From: Hydrolagus colliei
Lineage: Eukaryota
Length of the DNA: 64,000 bases
NCBI GenBank assembly: GCA_035084275.1
Contig: CM068748.1
Location: 16,058,001 to 16,122,000 of the forward strand
Reading direction: 5' to 3'
Numbering within the stretch: position 1 is the stretch's first letter; each line of letters opens with the position of its first letter. A program made the position numbers and the translations under genes. This document shows positions 39,283 to 53,000 of this stretch, in pieces. The notes beneath the pieces are model-generated. The model saw nothing but the letters and a program-made list of their open reading frames with translations, ran no database searches and had not been told where the DNA came from.

Positions 39283-42200
39283 GTGAGTAAAAATGGGTTC
39301 CCTGTTGCCCACAGTGCGGTCCAACCTGTCTTCCTTGAGCAGAGGTTTTTTTGTGTGTGTTGCATGTGTAGCAGTTACATCATACGCACACATCATTTTG
39401 AACACGTACCCACAGATCACCCTGAATCTGTAGAGAATACAGCAGCCAGAGTGGCAAGCTCCTCGTGTAATAAGTGATTCAATTCGAAACCAGGGAATCG
39501 AAACAACAGATCATAGAGGGGGGAAGGGGCTCACTCACCTAGAAATCAGTAGCCGTTTGGCTGGGCTTTTTGTTTGTTTATTAGCATTGATCAAGATAAA
39601 ATCAACACAACATTCTTACTAAGTTTCAACCTTTTTTTGGTGCGTTACAGGGCAGGTGGGTGAGGTTCAGACTTGCTGCAGTTTTGTTGAAAGGCAGTGA
39701 GAAACCCCATCAACTAATTGACATATCGTAAGAAGAATGGTGGTGGAATTCCATCAACCCTTCTCTCCCCCCAATTAAGTCAAATATGTTCCTCTCCTCT
39801 GGAGGCCTTGGTTGAGTGTTACAAAATGTTTACATAGACACCTGATGGCCTTTTCCATTGAGGAGCAGGTTCGCTATTCGTGCAGCAATAAACAGCCCAT
39901 TGCTCGATGAGCAACCCCTAAACTAGTTGTGCAGTTCAGAGGAGGGTCAGAATTTTTGCATCATTCAGGCAGTGATGCATAAAAAGTAGCAATTCCGCTA
40001 CTTTGAAGAAAAGCTGTCCACAATGGTTCCAAAGAAGGCTGAGATCTACGTGAAGGAGTGTTTTGTGAATTTTATTTTTGAATCCTTACAAATATCATTT
40101 GAACCCCACTTGGGCAGAACTACGGAAATATTGCCTCATTGGATTCCGTTCCTGTAATCAGGATCAAATGGGCTGATTCAATGTGGACATTTACAAGTTA
40201 ACTAAACAAGGCAATTTCTAGCTTCAGTTAATGAAAATGCTACTGGCCAAATTCTCCAATTCTAGAGAAAGCGAATAGCTGTTAAATGCTTACCAAGGAT
40301 AGACTGAGTGGTGAATCATTTAGTTGGTCATGAATTTTATGCTGCTGCTGTATTTTCTGCTGTATTTTCAAAGAATTTACAATAATCTGTGGGAAGCCCC
40401 ATCAATTAAGAAAGTTTACACAGGGGGTGTTGGGGGTGTGGTATCAATCAAACCAATTCTTGTATCCTGCTTCTACCCCAAGGCCGTTTCCTCCATTTAT
40501 TTATTTTTGTGTTTGTAATCACTAATACTTACAGAATTGAAATGAATTTGCCCTCATTTCAATTTGTGTTGGTAGTTGGGCCCTTTTTTTACTCACTACC
40601 CATGACTAGACCCTCACAGCTTTCACATTTTTCAGAGCTCATGCTCTCCAATGCAGATCCACTAGATGTCCTCAGAGACCAACCCATTTCTCCTTCTCGT
40701 TTTCCTCTGGTCTCCAACCGTACACTGCAGGTTTCCCCGAATGACACAAAAACATTTTGAATGGCAGAATAACCATGTTTTTGCAATGAATCCATATGGC
40801 AGTTTGTGTGTTGCGTTAGTGGAAGTATTCTTCCAGTGTAGCACTACATGCATAACCATCAAGACTAACATCTCTCAACATGTCATGTCATTGTGTGAAA
40901 GTTGCTACTACTGTTTGTGGTTTTTCTCTCTCCCCTGACCACCCGCCTCCTCCTTCCTCAAAACACAACAAATGCAGTGTGCATTACAGCATGGAATTTT
41001 TTGAGATATGAGCGCTAATGTTAACATTGATGAATGCTTCAATCCAATAACCATTTTTGAATTTTTTTTCATTTTTTTATTGCCAAGGTTGAAGCCTGTT
41101 TTCTCAGCATGCTGTGATTTCGGTAGTTGTGCATGGATTAAGAAACAGCACCTCCGGTCTTCCTTTTTATTAAAAGAATTACGAGCTCATTCATACGCGC
41201 GCATATTTATTATGTGCATCTTGTGAACGATTCCCCAATGAGCAGAGAGATTAATTGGCTCAAGTATTTGGTTTCATTTCAGGAAACAAAATCAAAATGG
41301 TTTGTCTCCCTCAAGATTTTGTTCCTTTTAAAAAGTGCCGGATTCAATTAATGTCACATTGAAACAATTGGTGTAGTTCTAAGGAAGACAAGAGGTTGAG
41401 CCACCCAGCATCACGAGCATTTATCAGGCTTTTCATGCTCCTTTCCTAATTAAGATACCAGTGCTAATGACTGGCCTTGGCATTTGCATTGAACAGGCCT
41501 GACGCTGCATGATGTGATGTTTTTTTCTCTCAGCTAACGGGTACTGTAAACAACCTTTTGCTGAAAGCTTAAACATTTTACCACTCAAAACCCTCAAAAT
41601 TGCAGAGAAAGGGGTTTCTGCTACAAATCCCTCTCATTCATCACCCCCTCCCCCTGCGCCTTTTTTCCTCAGTCATAGAGGTGACCCTTCCTTGGCCAAT
41701 AATTTTGATATAAATGGCCTTAGGTCAGTGCTTGACTCAGTTGAGAGCTTGGAATATTATGTCTGCGGTGTGACATAATGGCTTTTTCAACAAAAGTTGA
41801 TACCTTTCCATTTTTTAAAAAAAGTACTGGGGTTAATATGAAAGAATAAGGCTTTATGTTTATTGAACAAGTGCATCAATTAGCACGATTACCATTACCA
41901 TTTCGACATCATGTGCTTGAAAGAATTAGATCTGTATTTTATGAACTAGTAAAATCTGACTTGTTCATTTCTCTCGCAATAATTACAATGAACATGTTAA
42001 TTGTAATCAAATTTCTATGAGCATCCTGTGCACATCCCCCCAAAATGTATGACAAAACTACTTGGAAAAAATGTGTATCATGACTCAATTTCCTACAATT
42101 GCCTGTTTTTTTTGCTAAATTGTTATAAAACGGGATGCGCGTGTGTTCTTGAACAGATCTACGATTGAAATTCATGCAAACTTCTTGTGGCCCAGTGGAA

Positions 42201-42469
42201 AAGTTGCCTCGCTGGCAAACTCGATTGCAAACTTGAAAATACTTTAAAGTGTTTATCATCAATTTCAAAGTGATATGCTGAAGTTTTTTCTTTCAACTTG
42301 TAAAAATGACTTCTTGTTACTGTGCTTCATTTGAATAATCTGGCTCTTCTTCCTTGTCAAGCCTGCTAACGTTACTAAGGCCTATGTTAGTTCCCTTGTT
42401 GATTCCTTCCAACTGCCAGACTAAATAACCTTGCCATTAACCTGCTCCTCTTCCTCTCCTTCCATCGAA

Positions 42470-42480
42470 AACATGATTAT
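42470..42480 (+). promoter_or_regulatory. CaRRE1-like splicing element (AACATGATTAT) between the polypyrimidine tract and the AG of STREX
   Basis: 10/11 match to the CaMKIV-responsive consensus CACATNRTTAT, at the same position as in mammalian STREX. Confidence 0.65.
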
Positions 42481-42482
42481 AG

Positions 42483-42656
42483 CCAAGATCTCCATCTACA
42501 AGAGAATGAAACTCGCATGTTGTTTTGATTGCGGAGGCTGTGAGCGTGACTGCGCTTGCATGTCAGGCAGTGTACATAGTAACATGGACACCCTTGAGAG
42601 AACCTTCCCACTTTCTTCTGTCTCTGTTAATGATTGCTCCACCAGTTTACGTGCCT
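42483..42656 (+). CDS. KCNMA1: STREX alternative exon, 174 nt: (P)KISIYKRMKLACCFDCGGCERDCACMSGSVHSNMDTLERTFPLSSVSVNDCSTSLRA(F)
   Basis: gattatag|CCAAGA...GTGCCT|gtaagt; length and sequence match STREX; symmetric phase 1. Confidence 0.96.
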
Positions 42657-43984
42657 GTAAGTTTAATACCATGCTGTTCCATGTCAATTGTTTGTGGAGT
42701 CGTCCCTTTTGTGTTGTATTCTGTGGTCCAGTGAGCTGGTTTTTGTTTGGCTGCTGCTGCTGCAGTGTTCAATGGGCTTCCTAGTGTAAAATGTTGGCTA
42801 TATGTGCTTTGCTTGAGCATGGGTCTGTACATGTGCATGTGAGACCCACTGTGCAGTGTTGATGTTCTTGGTACTGCGAGGTACTATTGAAATGCATTTT
42901 TACTCCATGTTTTTGAATGTTGTTGTGAATAAGCTATGGAGAAGTGACTTTATTAAAGTTAAAGAAACTGGCAGAAAGTGGTGCGTGCACAACCCTGGGG
43001 AAAATATGTTGTCGAATTTAGCTACTTTCTTTCCAATTATTACTTTGTTGTCTTTGTTTATGCAAATGTTCTGTTGTCTTCTCTCTCTTTCTTAATTTTC
43101 TTTTTCTTTCACAAGTACAAAACAAGTACAAAACCCCCATGGCCTGGAACAGTGGTAAATGAGATATACAGCAACTCATTTCCATTCAGTCCCTGTTCTT
43201 GGCTGTTATTTTGTGTGTGTGTCAACTCTCCAACTCCAGGCTATTAGTCCTCAATGCATTGCAACTTGCTTGGTTCCACAGCACTTTGTACTTGCTACTA
43301 GTGGCTTAGTTCAATTGCATCCCACCTAGCTGATGCACCCACTGTCACTACTGCACTAGCACAAGTGTGAAACTTAGCCTTCAGATTCCTGCCCAGGCAG
43401 AAAAGGCAAAACCACTTCAGATTTATCTCCCTGACAGGTACCCGGAACTCCAGATTTAATCTGCTGGAGGAGGACGATTTGAGTTGGTGTGTGTGTATGT
43501 GTATGTATAATATATATAATTATATGTTCTTATGCTCTTATAAATATATATAAGTTGGGGAGTGGGAGGGGTGAAAAGAGAAGAAAGTAAAATAATTCTC
43601 CTACGTGCAGCAACAAAAGCTGTCATTATCTCCTGTGGGGAGGGGGTGGAGAAGAGTGGGTAAAACTAGTCTAAAGTATCTTGCAAAAATATAACTTTAA
43701 TGCCTTGCCAGACGTTGTGTAGATTTAGGCAGCTATTCGTTCCCTTGGCCTGAAGCTTTTGCTAGTTTTATACAGACAGTTGGATTTGCAAAATTCAAAT
43801 GATGAATTAAAATATTTGAGCCAGCTCTGCTGTGGTTTGACAGACCTCTGTAAAAAAACAGTAATTCTGTCATTTTGAGTTCACAGTGTAATGCCCATTT
43901 CCACTTGGAGGTCACATTCACTTTGGATCAAGTTGATCTGAACTGAGCAAAATCTCTTGGCAATTAGGCTCCCCTCTGCCCAGA

Positions 43985-44260
43985 GTCACATAGAGTTACA
44001 CAGAGTGATACAGCGCGGAAACAGGCCACGCAGTCCAACTAGTCTATGCTGGTGTTTATACTTTACACGATCCCCCCATCCCTGCGATTTCCCTCTCCCA
44101 TTCCTTATATTCCTTTCTCCCTTATGTATAAAGTTTTCTCTTCAAGCACTGGTGCTATTTGCTCCAACCACAGCTTCTGGCAGTGAATTCCACATTATTA
44201 ATATCCTCTGGGATGAAGAATTTTTTTCTAAACTTCCTATTAGCTGTCTCCAGAGAATTC
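43985..44260 (-). mobile_element. CR1-like LINE 3'-end remnant
   Basis: catagagttacac...ggaaacaggccac and ggcagtgaattccac...gatgaagaattttt pattern typical of reverse-strand CR1 ends. Confidence 0.55.
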
Positions 44261-44419
44261 AGTGAGCTGGGACACTAGCCTGCGTGAAGGTTGCTATTCA
44301 AATGCAATTCGTTGTAGTTGTATGATACATGTGTTGTGATATTTTTCCGGGCTGAATGTTTCTGAGTATTCAAATCAAACAGTTTAAACAATTCATCATC
44401 TAAATCTCTGATGCCGGCA

Positions 44420-44835
44420 TTCTAGTCCACATCAATCTGCCCTCTTGTCTGCACAATCCAGTCCTTGCCAGTCTCTACTAGCAGATCATGGAAGATTGAT
44501 TTGAAGGTCCTCATCCACACCTACAATGGCACCTTTTTATCTCTCTGACCCTCTCCTACCATACTCCTCCACTAGCCCTTGCAACTTGTCTAATTTGGGC
44601 TTATTCCACCCTCTCTGCCATCATCTGTGGCAGAGCCTTTGCTTCCTATGCCCCTAAAGCTCTGAAACTCCTTCCTTTATCAATCCTCCCTTTCTACCTT
44701 GCCGCAAACCCTACTCTTCAAATGCAGCTATTGGTGGACTGCCCTCCCACTTCCCACTCTCTCTTCTCCCTCTCCCATGTGTCAGACGTTATCCTATGTG
44801 AAGGGCATGATATAAATCCAGGTTGTTTTTGTTAT
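44420..44835 (+). mobile_element. Degenerate L2 fragment
   Basis: ttgaaggtcctcatcc...gtggcagagccttt...gtgaagggcatgatataaat plus ttgtt tail. Confidence 0.6.
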
Positions 44836-47800
44836 GAGGAAGCATGAGTGTTTACTGCAGCTTAGTTTGTCTCTGAATCTACACAGCATATGGAAATTCC
44901 AATTGGTACAAAGCAGTAATGTGCAAAGGCAGAAGCACACGTTTAACTGTGTGTGACAGGAACTGTATCCAGATCCTTAAATAGCATGAGCCCCGGTATA
45001 AACAGATATGGTATTACTTAGTATTTCTTTACTTAAACGTAAGTTGTGATATTTGTTGAGAAGTCTACAAAGTGCAAATCATTTTTTAAACTTTTACTTT
45101 CTTTTTAAGATCAATGCCCACACCTATTCTGCCTTCAATTGTAATGATTCATTTGACTTGGGTTCCAATCCAAATAAGACAAAAAGTTTATCTCTCCTGT
45201 CAGATTGGTAGTTCGAAACTGTAAATCACATACAGTAGAAATCCAAAAAGAAGCATAAAACGATTCAGAGCCTTGTTTAACTGAAATATTTTTCCCCCAT
45301 CAAAGAACAGTGAGTGGCAATATTCCGATTTTCATTAAATTAATATGAGCAGATGTGAAATGTTGACTATTTGACAATTAGAAATGGCAGCAGTGGGGGT
45401 TGAATCAAAGAGAGGTCAGATGTAGAGATCACATTTCCTTTCTTACATTCTTCAGCTGCTCTAACAATCAGATTGAATTAATGTCAGTTCAGCTATGATG
45501 ATTTTTGCCCTTTGTCTTTTACTGTGGTACTAGATTGCTTCCCTAGATACTCATTAAAGGTCATTATATCATTACTTGGCTTGGTTTCGGTGTGGACCCC
45601 AGTAAGGTTAGCACACTTCATGGTTTTGTTAGACAATTTTCTTTCATTACAACACACGTTTTTGATATTTCAGTGTGATCGCATAACCCATTCCATGAAT
45701 TGTCACAAGCAATAGCAGTAACTACCTCTGACTTTTTCTGGCCATCTTGCAAGCGCAGACTGCATTTCAAAGGGATTTCAGAGAATCCACAAACTGAAAT
45801 CCAGACTTTCACTTGTACGGTACCAAAGACAGACTTTGTTTCTTGAACTAAATCGAAGGCTCACTGCCCTTGATTGTAGCTCATAATATTTAATTTGCAG
45901 TAGACCAAATAACACAGGGAAAAGCCACAATTGAAGCAAGCATTTGAAACACTTTTTCGTAGTATTTTCTCCCTTGTAAAATGCACGGGACAAGCATACA
46001 CCTCAAGCAAACCTGTATTTTGTTTTGGTTTCCAGTAAGTGACATCTGTTTCAGGGTCATTTCGAGCATGTATTTACAGCAAATACAATCACATATTTTA
46101 GTGACATTTGAAGAAAAGCTAAGATGCTTACATTGCGATCCTTGTCCAGTGGTTTTGTCCACAGAACTGTTGACATGACACAGAAGCAGCTGCAAGGTGA
46201 TATTACCACAGACAAACTAGTAGTCAAACTGTAGGGAGGTGGGGTGTGTGGTGGGGTACATGGACAAAGAGCAGTGATTGGTGAGGGTACAAGGAGATAA
46301 ATTACTGATTAGAAACTGCTGACTCTACAAGTTGCTTTGAGAAAATAAGCATTATAAAATGGTGGATTAACATACCATGTCACATAATGGTAAACATAGG
46401 GATTTGTTCCCATTATTTCCTCTCTCTCCTCCCACCCCGTGAACCTAATCAAAGCTGAGGCCTTGGGAGTGGTACAGAAAGTAGGGATGGGCAAGGATAT
46501 CACCCATGGCTGTTCTCACACTGTTGATTCTAAAGCAGCATTGACAGAGGCCTGGGAGCAGCTAGGCTGTCTGCACCCTTAGCCAGGAATGGTATGAAAC
46601 AGCGGAGAGACCTGGAGAGGACAGAAAAATGACTTGAAACTGTGGAATTGAATGAAAAAACAAGGGCCATAAATCTACACATAACTTGATGCAGTGTCTG
46701 GCACTTTATGGATACACAACAATAGGAACAGGAAGAAAGTATTCAGCCCATTGGGCCTATTATTTCAGTTTGTTAGATCCCTTTTTCCCCAACTTTGCTC
46801 CTTTCCAGCGCCTTAGGAAATCCTCCTGACGTGAAAGGCGCTATACAAGTGTAATTTTGTTTTTGTTGTTTCCCCTTCAGGCAAGGAGGGGAGGAGGGTG
46901 GCTTGAGGTGGAGGCAGTTTCAAGACAGGCACATAGATTAAACGGATCATGTTGAGTAAACCTGCTACCTGGCATTGTACTTGGACCTCTGGAACATCAA
47001 GGTGGCTGGCACATCACAGTTGTCCTCTGGGTCGTCCCACCACATTGAAGGAGGATAGCCATCAGATAGCTTACAAGGAGCCTCTGAGGCTTCGGACAAC
47101 AGCTGTTAGAAGACATTAGCCATAGTCCAGGTTCATAAACACACATACAGGCTTGGTATCCACTTTGATTAATGTGCAGAGAGTGAGCAGTTGCTGCTTA
47201 GCTTATGAATATCCTTTGAACTGACAGAACTATCATTCAATGGATTGGTTGTGGGGGAGTCAATACTATAGGCAGGCAGTATTACTCCCCATTGAGAGTG
47301 CACATTTCATTCCAGACACTGGGAAATTTCCTCATGCCTGTGGCATACATATGTAGAATACTCAGATCTGTTTTGTATACAATTAACCACAGTGATGTTA
47401 CAGACGTTCAGCTGACGAAAAGAAAAACTCGTTTCTTTAACTCATTCAATTGTTTGGTGGGGGGAAGGGCATTCCACTGTTGCTATTAAGTGAGTGACCA
47501 GGGTCTTGAGTTGAGGGAGAGAGCAGTAGGGGACAAACATCTTCACCCGACTCTTCTCCACATCTTGTAGTGAAAGCTGGTAGTAGATTTCCTATCCACT
47601 TGTCATCTCAGTCATGGCTGACATTTGGTTCAGCACGGTTATATAACGCGGAGGTAGAAAGTACTTTAGTTTTTGAAAGAGTGAAAAGGAAATGCTGCAA
47701 TCTTCAGGAAACTCCCCAAATCTGGAATTTTAAGAATGGTAAATCACAGCGGACAATATTATTTTTATGGAAAAAAAATTAAATGTTAATCTGAATGGAT

Positions 47801-49239
47801 AGTTGCTGTCAGTTCTTTTGTGAAGTGGAACAAATGGCATCTAATGCTGTATCAACACATTAACAAAGCAGATTCGTACTTGTAATTGACCACTCTAGAG
47901 CAGCAGAGACAAAGGAAAGCTGTTTCCTTGTTTGAAGCTGCTTTCTTATTATTAAGGCAAGTGTGCCTTAATAGTGAAGGATAGAAGGTTGGAATTGTTC
48001 AGAGAGCACTAGGGTGTCAGCAGAGCAATTGCTATTAAATTAAAAATATTCCAAGTTAAGGTAAAAAAAAGACAAAAAAATGCTTTTGACTTAGCTGGAG
48101 AAACATTCCACAGTTATATTGGAGCTCTGACACAGATGACAGCCCTCCTTTCATTGCAGTGTTCACAAGTGATCTGAGCTCACTTCCAGCAGGATTTGGA
48201 GCAGGAAACCACATTACATTTACCTCTCCAAATCACATTAGCCAAGGGTTGACGAGAGCTCTGCTAAGGTGCAATTAAATGCATGCTCAGAGCTCCACTA
48301 ACCAAAGCCAAACTCCAGTCAGCTTCTGCAGCGATGAACTGGTCTTGTGGATAATGCTTGAATAACATTTTATTCAAGCTAATGAATAATGCTCAAAAAC
48401 TTTTTAGAAGCCATTCTATAAGAAACAATCTGGTGAAATCACCTTCTCGGTGAATTCAAGTGTCATTTGCTTTTGATTGTGAACGCAAAACACTATTTAC
48501 CCTCCTGCTTAGCGTTGATTCAGTGACATTTATGTATTAAATCGACGTGTAAAGCACAGTGTACGTAAGGTTAAGACCTGAGGTTTAGACCTGCTCAAGA
48601 ATCAAACTCGGGTCCTCTTGCTTGTGGTTCTACAAGACTTCTGTTGTGCATAAGTTCTGATAAGATGAATGGAGGATTGCAGAATGCCATTCTGTTCTTT
48701 CCATTCCAATATGAGTCTGGTGAAAGTACGTATTGCAGTGCACGATTCTACCCAATTTTGCCCTGCAGGAGTCTTCTCCCAAGTGTTAGATTGCCGTAAA
48801 TCATCTCCACCCAATCGTTGTATGTAGACGTCTTGTCCCAAGTGTAGGATTACAGTGTACGTTCCCACTGACTCCTATTATGTATAATTCCTGATCCAGG
48901 CACAACCCTGAGCCAAATAGAACATTGCTTGGCAAATGAGTTCTTTCTTTATCAGGGTTTGACTTTATTTAGCTGCAACAAGCTAGTCTGGATGTTAGAC
49001 CAACTGTGAAAACAATATTTTAATCTTATTCAATCTGACATTTATTCTTCTTTTCTGTTAGCATTTGTAGAATAAAAAAGTGCAAACAATACAGGGCGAT
49101 CCAAATACTTTTGACATTTTTCTATTAACTTTTACTTATCTGTACCTTATTTCCAACTGTGCTGTTTAAATTAATATAAAAATCTGAACCAATACCTCAT
49201 CCCTTTTGGGGCTTGGAACTCGCAATATAGATTGACATT

Positions 49240-49540
49240 CTACTGAAGTGCTAGGGGTGCTTTACATTGTCGGAGGAGCAATCCTTTGGATGAGACAATA
49301 AAACTTAAAAATGCCATAGCCCAATTCCAAAAGTGAAGGAAATTTCTCACAGTGCCCTGGCAAATATATTCCCCCTGATAAAATTGGCCAATCACCTATG
49401 GCTATTGGTGGGTGATTGCTGCATGCACATTGGCTGCTGTGTTTGCCCTTAAATAGTCACTGCACTTCACAGTAACATTTTGTGAAGCGTTTTGAGACAC
49501 CTCAATGGCTTGATGAGGCACTGCATCAAGTACATGTGTA
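49240..49540 (+). mobile_element. Degenerate Deu-domain SINE
   Basis: cattgtcggagg...ctttggatgagac...gccctggcaaatat followed by the SINE tail. Confidence 0.6.
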
Positions 49541-49619
49541 ATTGCCATCATTTCTTATGTAATTGCTCAACCATAAATGAATTATTCAATTACAAAAATT
49601 GTTACCTGCATAATTTTGT

Positions 49620-50042
49620 TTTGTTAAATTGCCTTCCCAATTCCTCCCTCCATAGGCTGCAGATCATCCAGAACTTTGCAGCCCATGTCCTCCACCATTC
49701 CAAGCTCCACAACACCAAGTCCCTCATTCTCGCCCGTCTCCATTGGCTCCCCATCATCCAGAGGATTCAATTCCAGATCCTGGTCCTCACCTTCAAAGCT
49801 CTCCACGGCTTCGCCAAGACCCCCCTCCCCTCACCTTTGTGACCTCCTAACCCCCCACCAATCTGTCCACTCCCTCCGCTCAGTGGGCTGTGGCCTGCTC
49901 CATGTCCCTGACCCACCATCAGCGGGCAAGCCACTCTGCCCCATACCTCCGAAATTCCATCCCGCAATCCCTTTGCCTTGGGACGTCCTCCCGACATGAA
50001 AGGCACTATACAAATGTAATTTTGTTGTTGTTGTTGTTGTTT
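49620..50042 (+). mobile_element. L2 fragment (ORF2 end, 3' UTR, (TTG)n tail)
   Basis: LHRLQIIQNFAA...LARLHWLPIIQRIQFQILVLTFKALHGFA; tail ttgttgttgttg. Confidence 0.88.
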
Positions 50043-53000
50043 GCATGCTTTTTGAGAATCAAAGCGGATTTGGCACTGCCAATCATAGTGAACATCTGAC
50101 AATTAAGTCACGTTAACGGCAGCACAACTGGCAACAGAGTAAAGTGTCCTATGTTCTTCCCCAACAAATTCACTGAACCCGAACTTTACAAGAGCAATCC
50201 CCAAAGTTGTGACACTTCCATTTTCTCTGCCAGCCACCCGTATGCCCTCTTTGGGTGAGATGGCAACATTGTGCAAAATCAGCAACAGTTTTAATTTCTG
50301 GAAGCACAGACATGTGGAAAAAGATTGAGAGCAGAAACAAATTGTAACTGGAAATTGTAACAAAGGGCTTCTGGTCCCTGTGTACATTTTATGTGAAGTG
50401 GCCTTGTAACATTTGCTTACCTAAGTAAGCAATTATTTTTCTGCACAAGAAGAAATATAAGTCTCGTGATATGTTAATGTTATGAGAATCAATTTGACTC
50501 TTTTTTAATTGACAAGAACACTATTGCTTTGCACAATATTGGAGGTGAGCTAGGAAATGAGTAGAACGGCACAATATGGGTATTTCGATCCATCAACTAT
50601 ATATAAGTGCAAATTGAAACGATTAATGTATAAACTAAAAGTGCATTTATCATCACAACTATCCTGTTGAACTCTTACAAAGTTAAAATCATGGAAAACA
50701 TTATTGTCCCATGGAGAACAACTCATTATTTTCTAAGCAGGCAGCTGTTTGACTGGTGGCAGAAAAAAATATATTGCAGATGATATTGGAGCTGTACAAG
50801 CATCTTTCATGTACTGTCAAGGCATTGGACAGTAGGTTCGGGAATTAATTTATTAAACAGTTAATTAATTAATTATTTTATTGTTTGTTTGTAAGAAACC
50901 ACTTGATATTGTGATAAGAAGACAATAGGATTTTTTTTCAAAGATCAGTTCAAAGGCTTCTTTCTCAGAATTTCCCTTGTGATCAGTTGGCCAAAGTAGC
51001 CATGATAAAAGGTAGCTTCCAAATCCCAAGCTTCCCTCAGAGGAAGCATAGTCTTGTAGCCTTTACTGACGGGCAGATGCTAACTTGATGTTAGTTAGCC
51101 CAATAGAATCATTTAGCATCTCGTACAAACCTGAAGATTTGTGGTAAATAAAAATTGCTTGTCGAGCATTGTTGTTGGGCTTTGCTTACCCATTTATACA
51201 ACTGCGATCCTAAAAAAAAGACAATTTACATCCCTGCTTTGCTTATGTAAACAACCAGGCTACCACCATTACATTGTCAAGGCATTTGACACATAACTCT
51301 GACAGGTGCTTCTCCAGTAAAGCAAATTGACAGTCAACAATCTTAGAAATTGATAACTCATCACATTTCATGGTTGTTTGTGGGACTGTACTGTCACAAA
51401 AATTGCTGTCACGTTTTTATGGCAAGAAATTGCATTTGACATTAATTGCTAGTGACGAGTTTGTACCATTCTAACATAAGACACAATAAAAATTTATTTG
51501 CTTAAACAATTGGAAACGAGAAAAGGTAATTTCACCTTTTTTGCCTAGCCCTGTTTCGACGAGCCGACATCACATTCATGGTACCTGGTAGGATGGTAGT
51601 CATTAAGTTAACAATTCTTAAGTGAGAGTTAGTTCTATTTTTAGTTGCATTTAACTCAGATCAAATCTTTGGCTGCAAATATTTTCAGTATGGATCAAAG
51701 AAAAGATCTTTGCAAAGAGACCTGTCACTGTGCATTCTATGGTCTGCCAGATTAAAAGGGCAAGTGCACAACTCATTGATTAGCTAAGACTCATTAGCTT
51801 ACAGTTCTAAAATTTTACTTAGGGTACTGTGAATAGGAAATTTAGGTCCTTTTCAGCTTAATAATTGTTGTTTTGTTTGCTTTTGGGATGGGGTGGGGGT
51901 TGGGAGTGGAGCAGTATATCTTATTTTGTGTATATGAAATCCCTATGTAGGTCTAAATACACCATAGGCAAATAAGTAAGGTGTTATGTACTCTGTATAA
52001 TATTTAACACATAAATGCCCCAGACATGGGAACTATTCCTTTATTAACTGCAAACCTATTTCTTGGAACTGTTAGCCTGGTATAAACATGTTAAAGAGGG
52101 TGTTGCATACAACTGGTCGTATAAATGTAGCCTATGTAGGCCAACCGGAAGAGATACTGAAGCTTTAAGAAGAGAGGTCAGAAATTTATATTGCTAAAGG
52201 CAATTGTTAGCGCGGGGCTTGTTACTACTGTGTTTCTTACTAGGGTCACTGGAAACTAAATAGCGAGTGGCTTGTTGTGATGTGGACAGGCTGGAAATGA
52301 TGCTGTCCGCATCTTGCGCTGTGAATTCAGTGGAAGGTTTATATGTGGTGACATGGAAATTATGTTTGCATTTTCATTTTGGTAGTGCTGCTGGTTGTCA
52401 TGAAACTCACACTGACAGTTCTTTACCACCAGGCAGTAGATTCTTCTTGCAACATGTTTTGTGCAAGACAGATGCTACACAGTTATTTTTCAGAGTCCTT
52501 TTGCTCCGGACTATTCCAAGCGACAGATGCCAGGACAAGAACTGTTTCCCATGAACATTTCTGTCACAGCTCTGCCTTGAGCCCAAAGTGTGACCTTTTG
52601 TGAATAAAACAAAACCTTTTATGAAGAAGCGAAAACCTTCATCCAGAGCAAGCTCAAAGCAAATTTCAGGTCCTGTTCCCTTTCTCCGTCCACCTGGATT
52701 AGATGTCTAGTTTCACCCCAGCTCTCCAAATGCAGGCAGCAATCGGCCTTGTCACTTTAGGATTTAATAATTGTCGTGAGGCAGTTCTTATGTGAGTTTT
52801 ATGCAAATACGTTCGGGAGAGAAAAGGATGCAGAGAAGCAATTAGATTGCCCAGGAACTCTTGCATGCTCAGTTCTGGATAGTCACCACACTTTATTTTT
52901 ACTGTCAAGACTGTTTGCAGCTTATTTAGGTCTTATCTTGATCATAGAATTTAGCATAATGTTTGGGGGATGGGGTTGATTTTTTCCAGTGGAAATCTGG

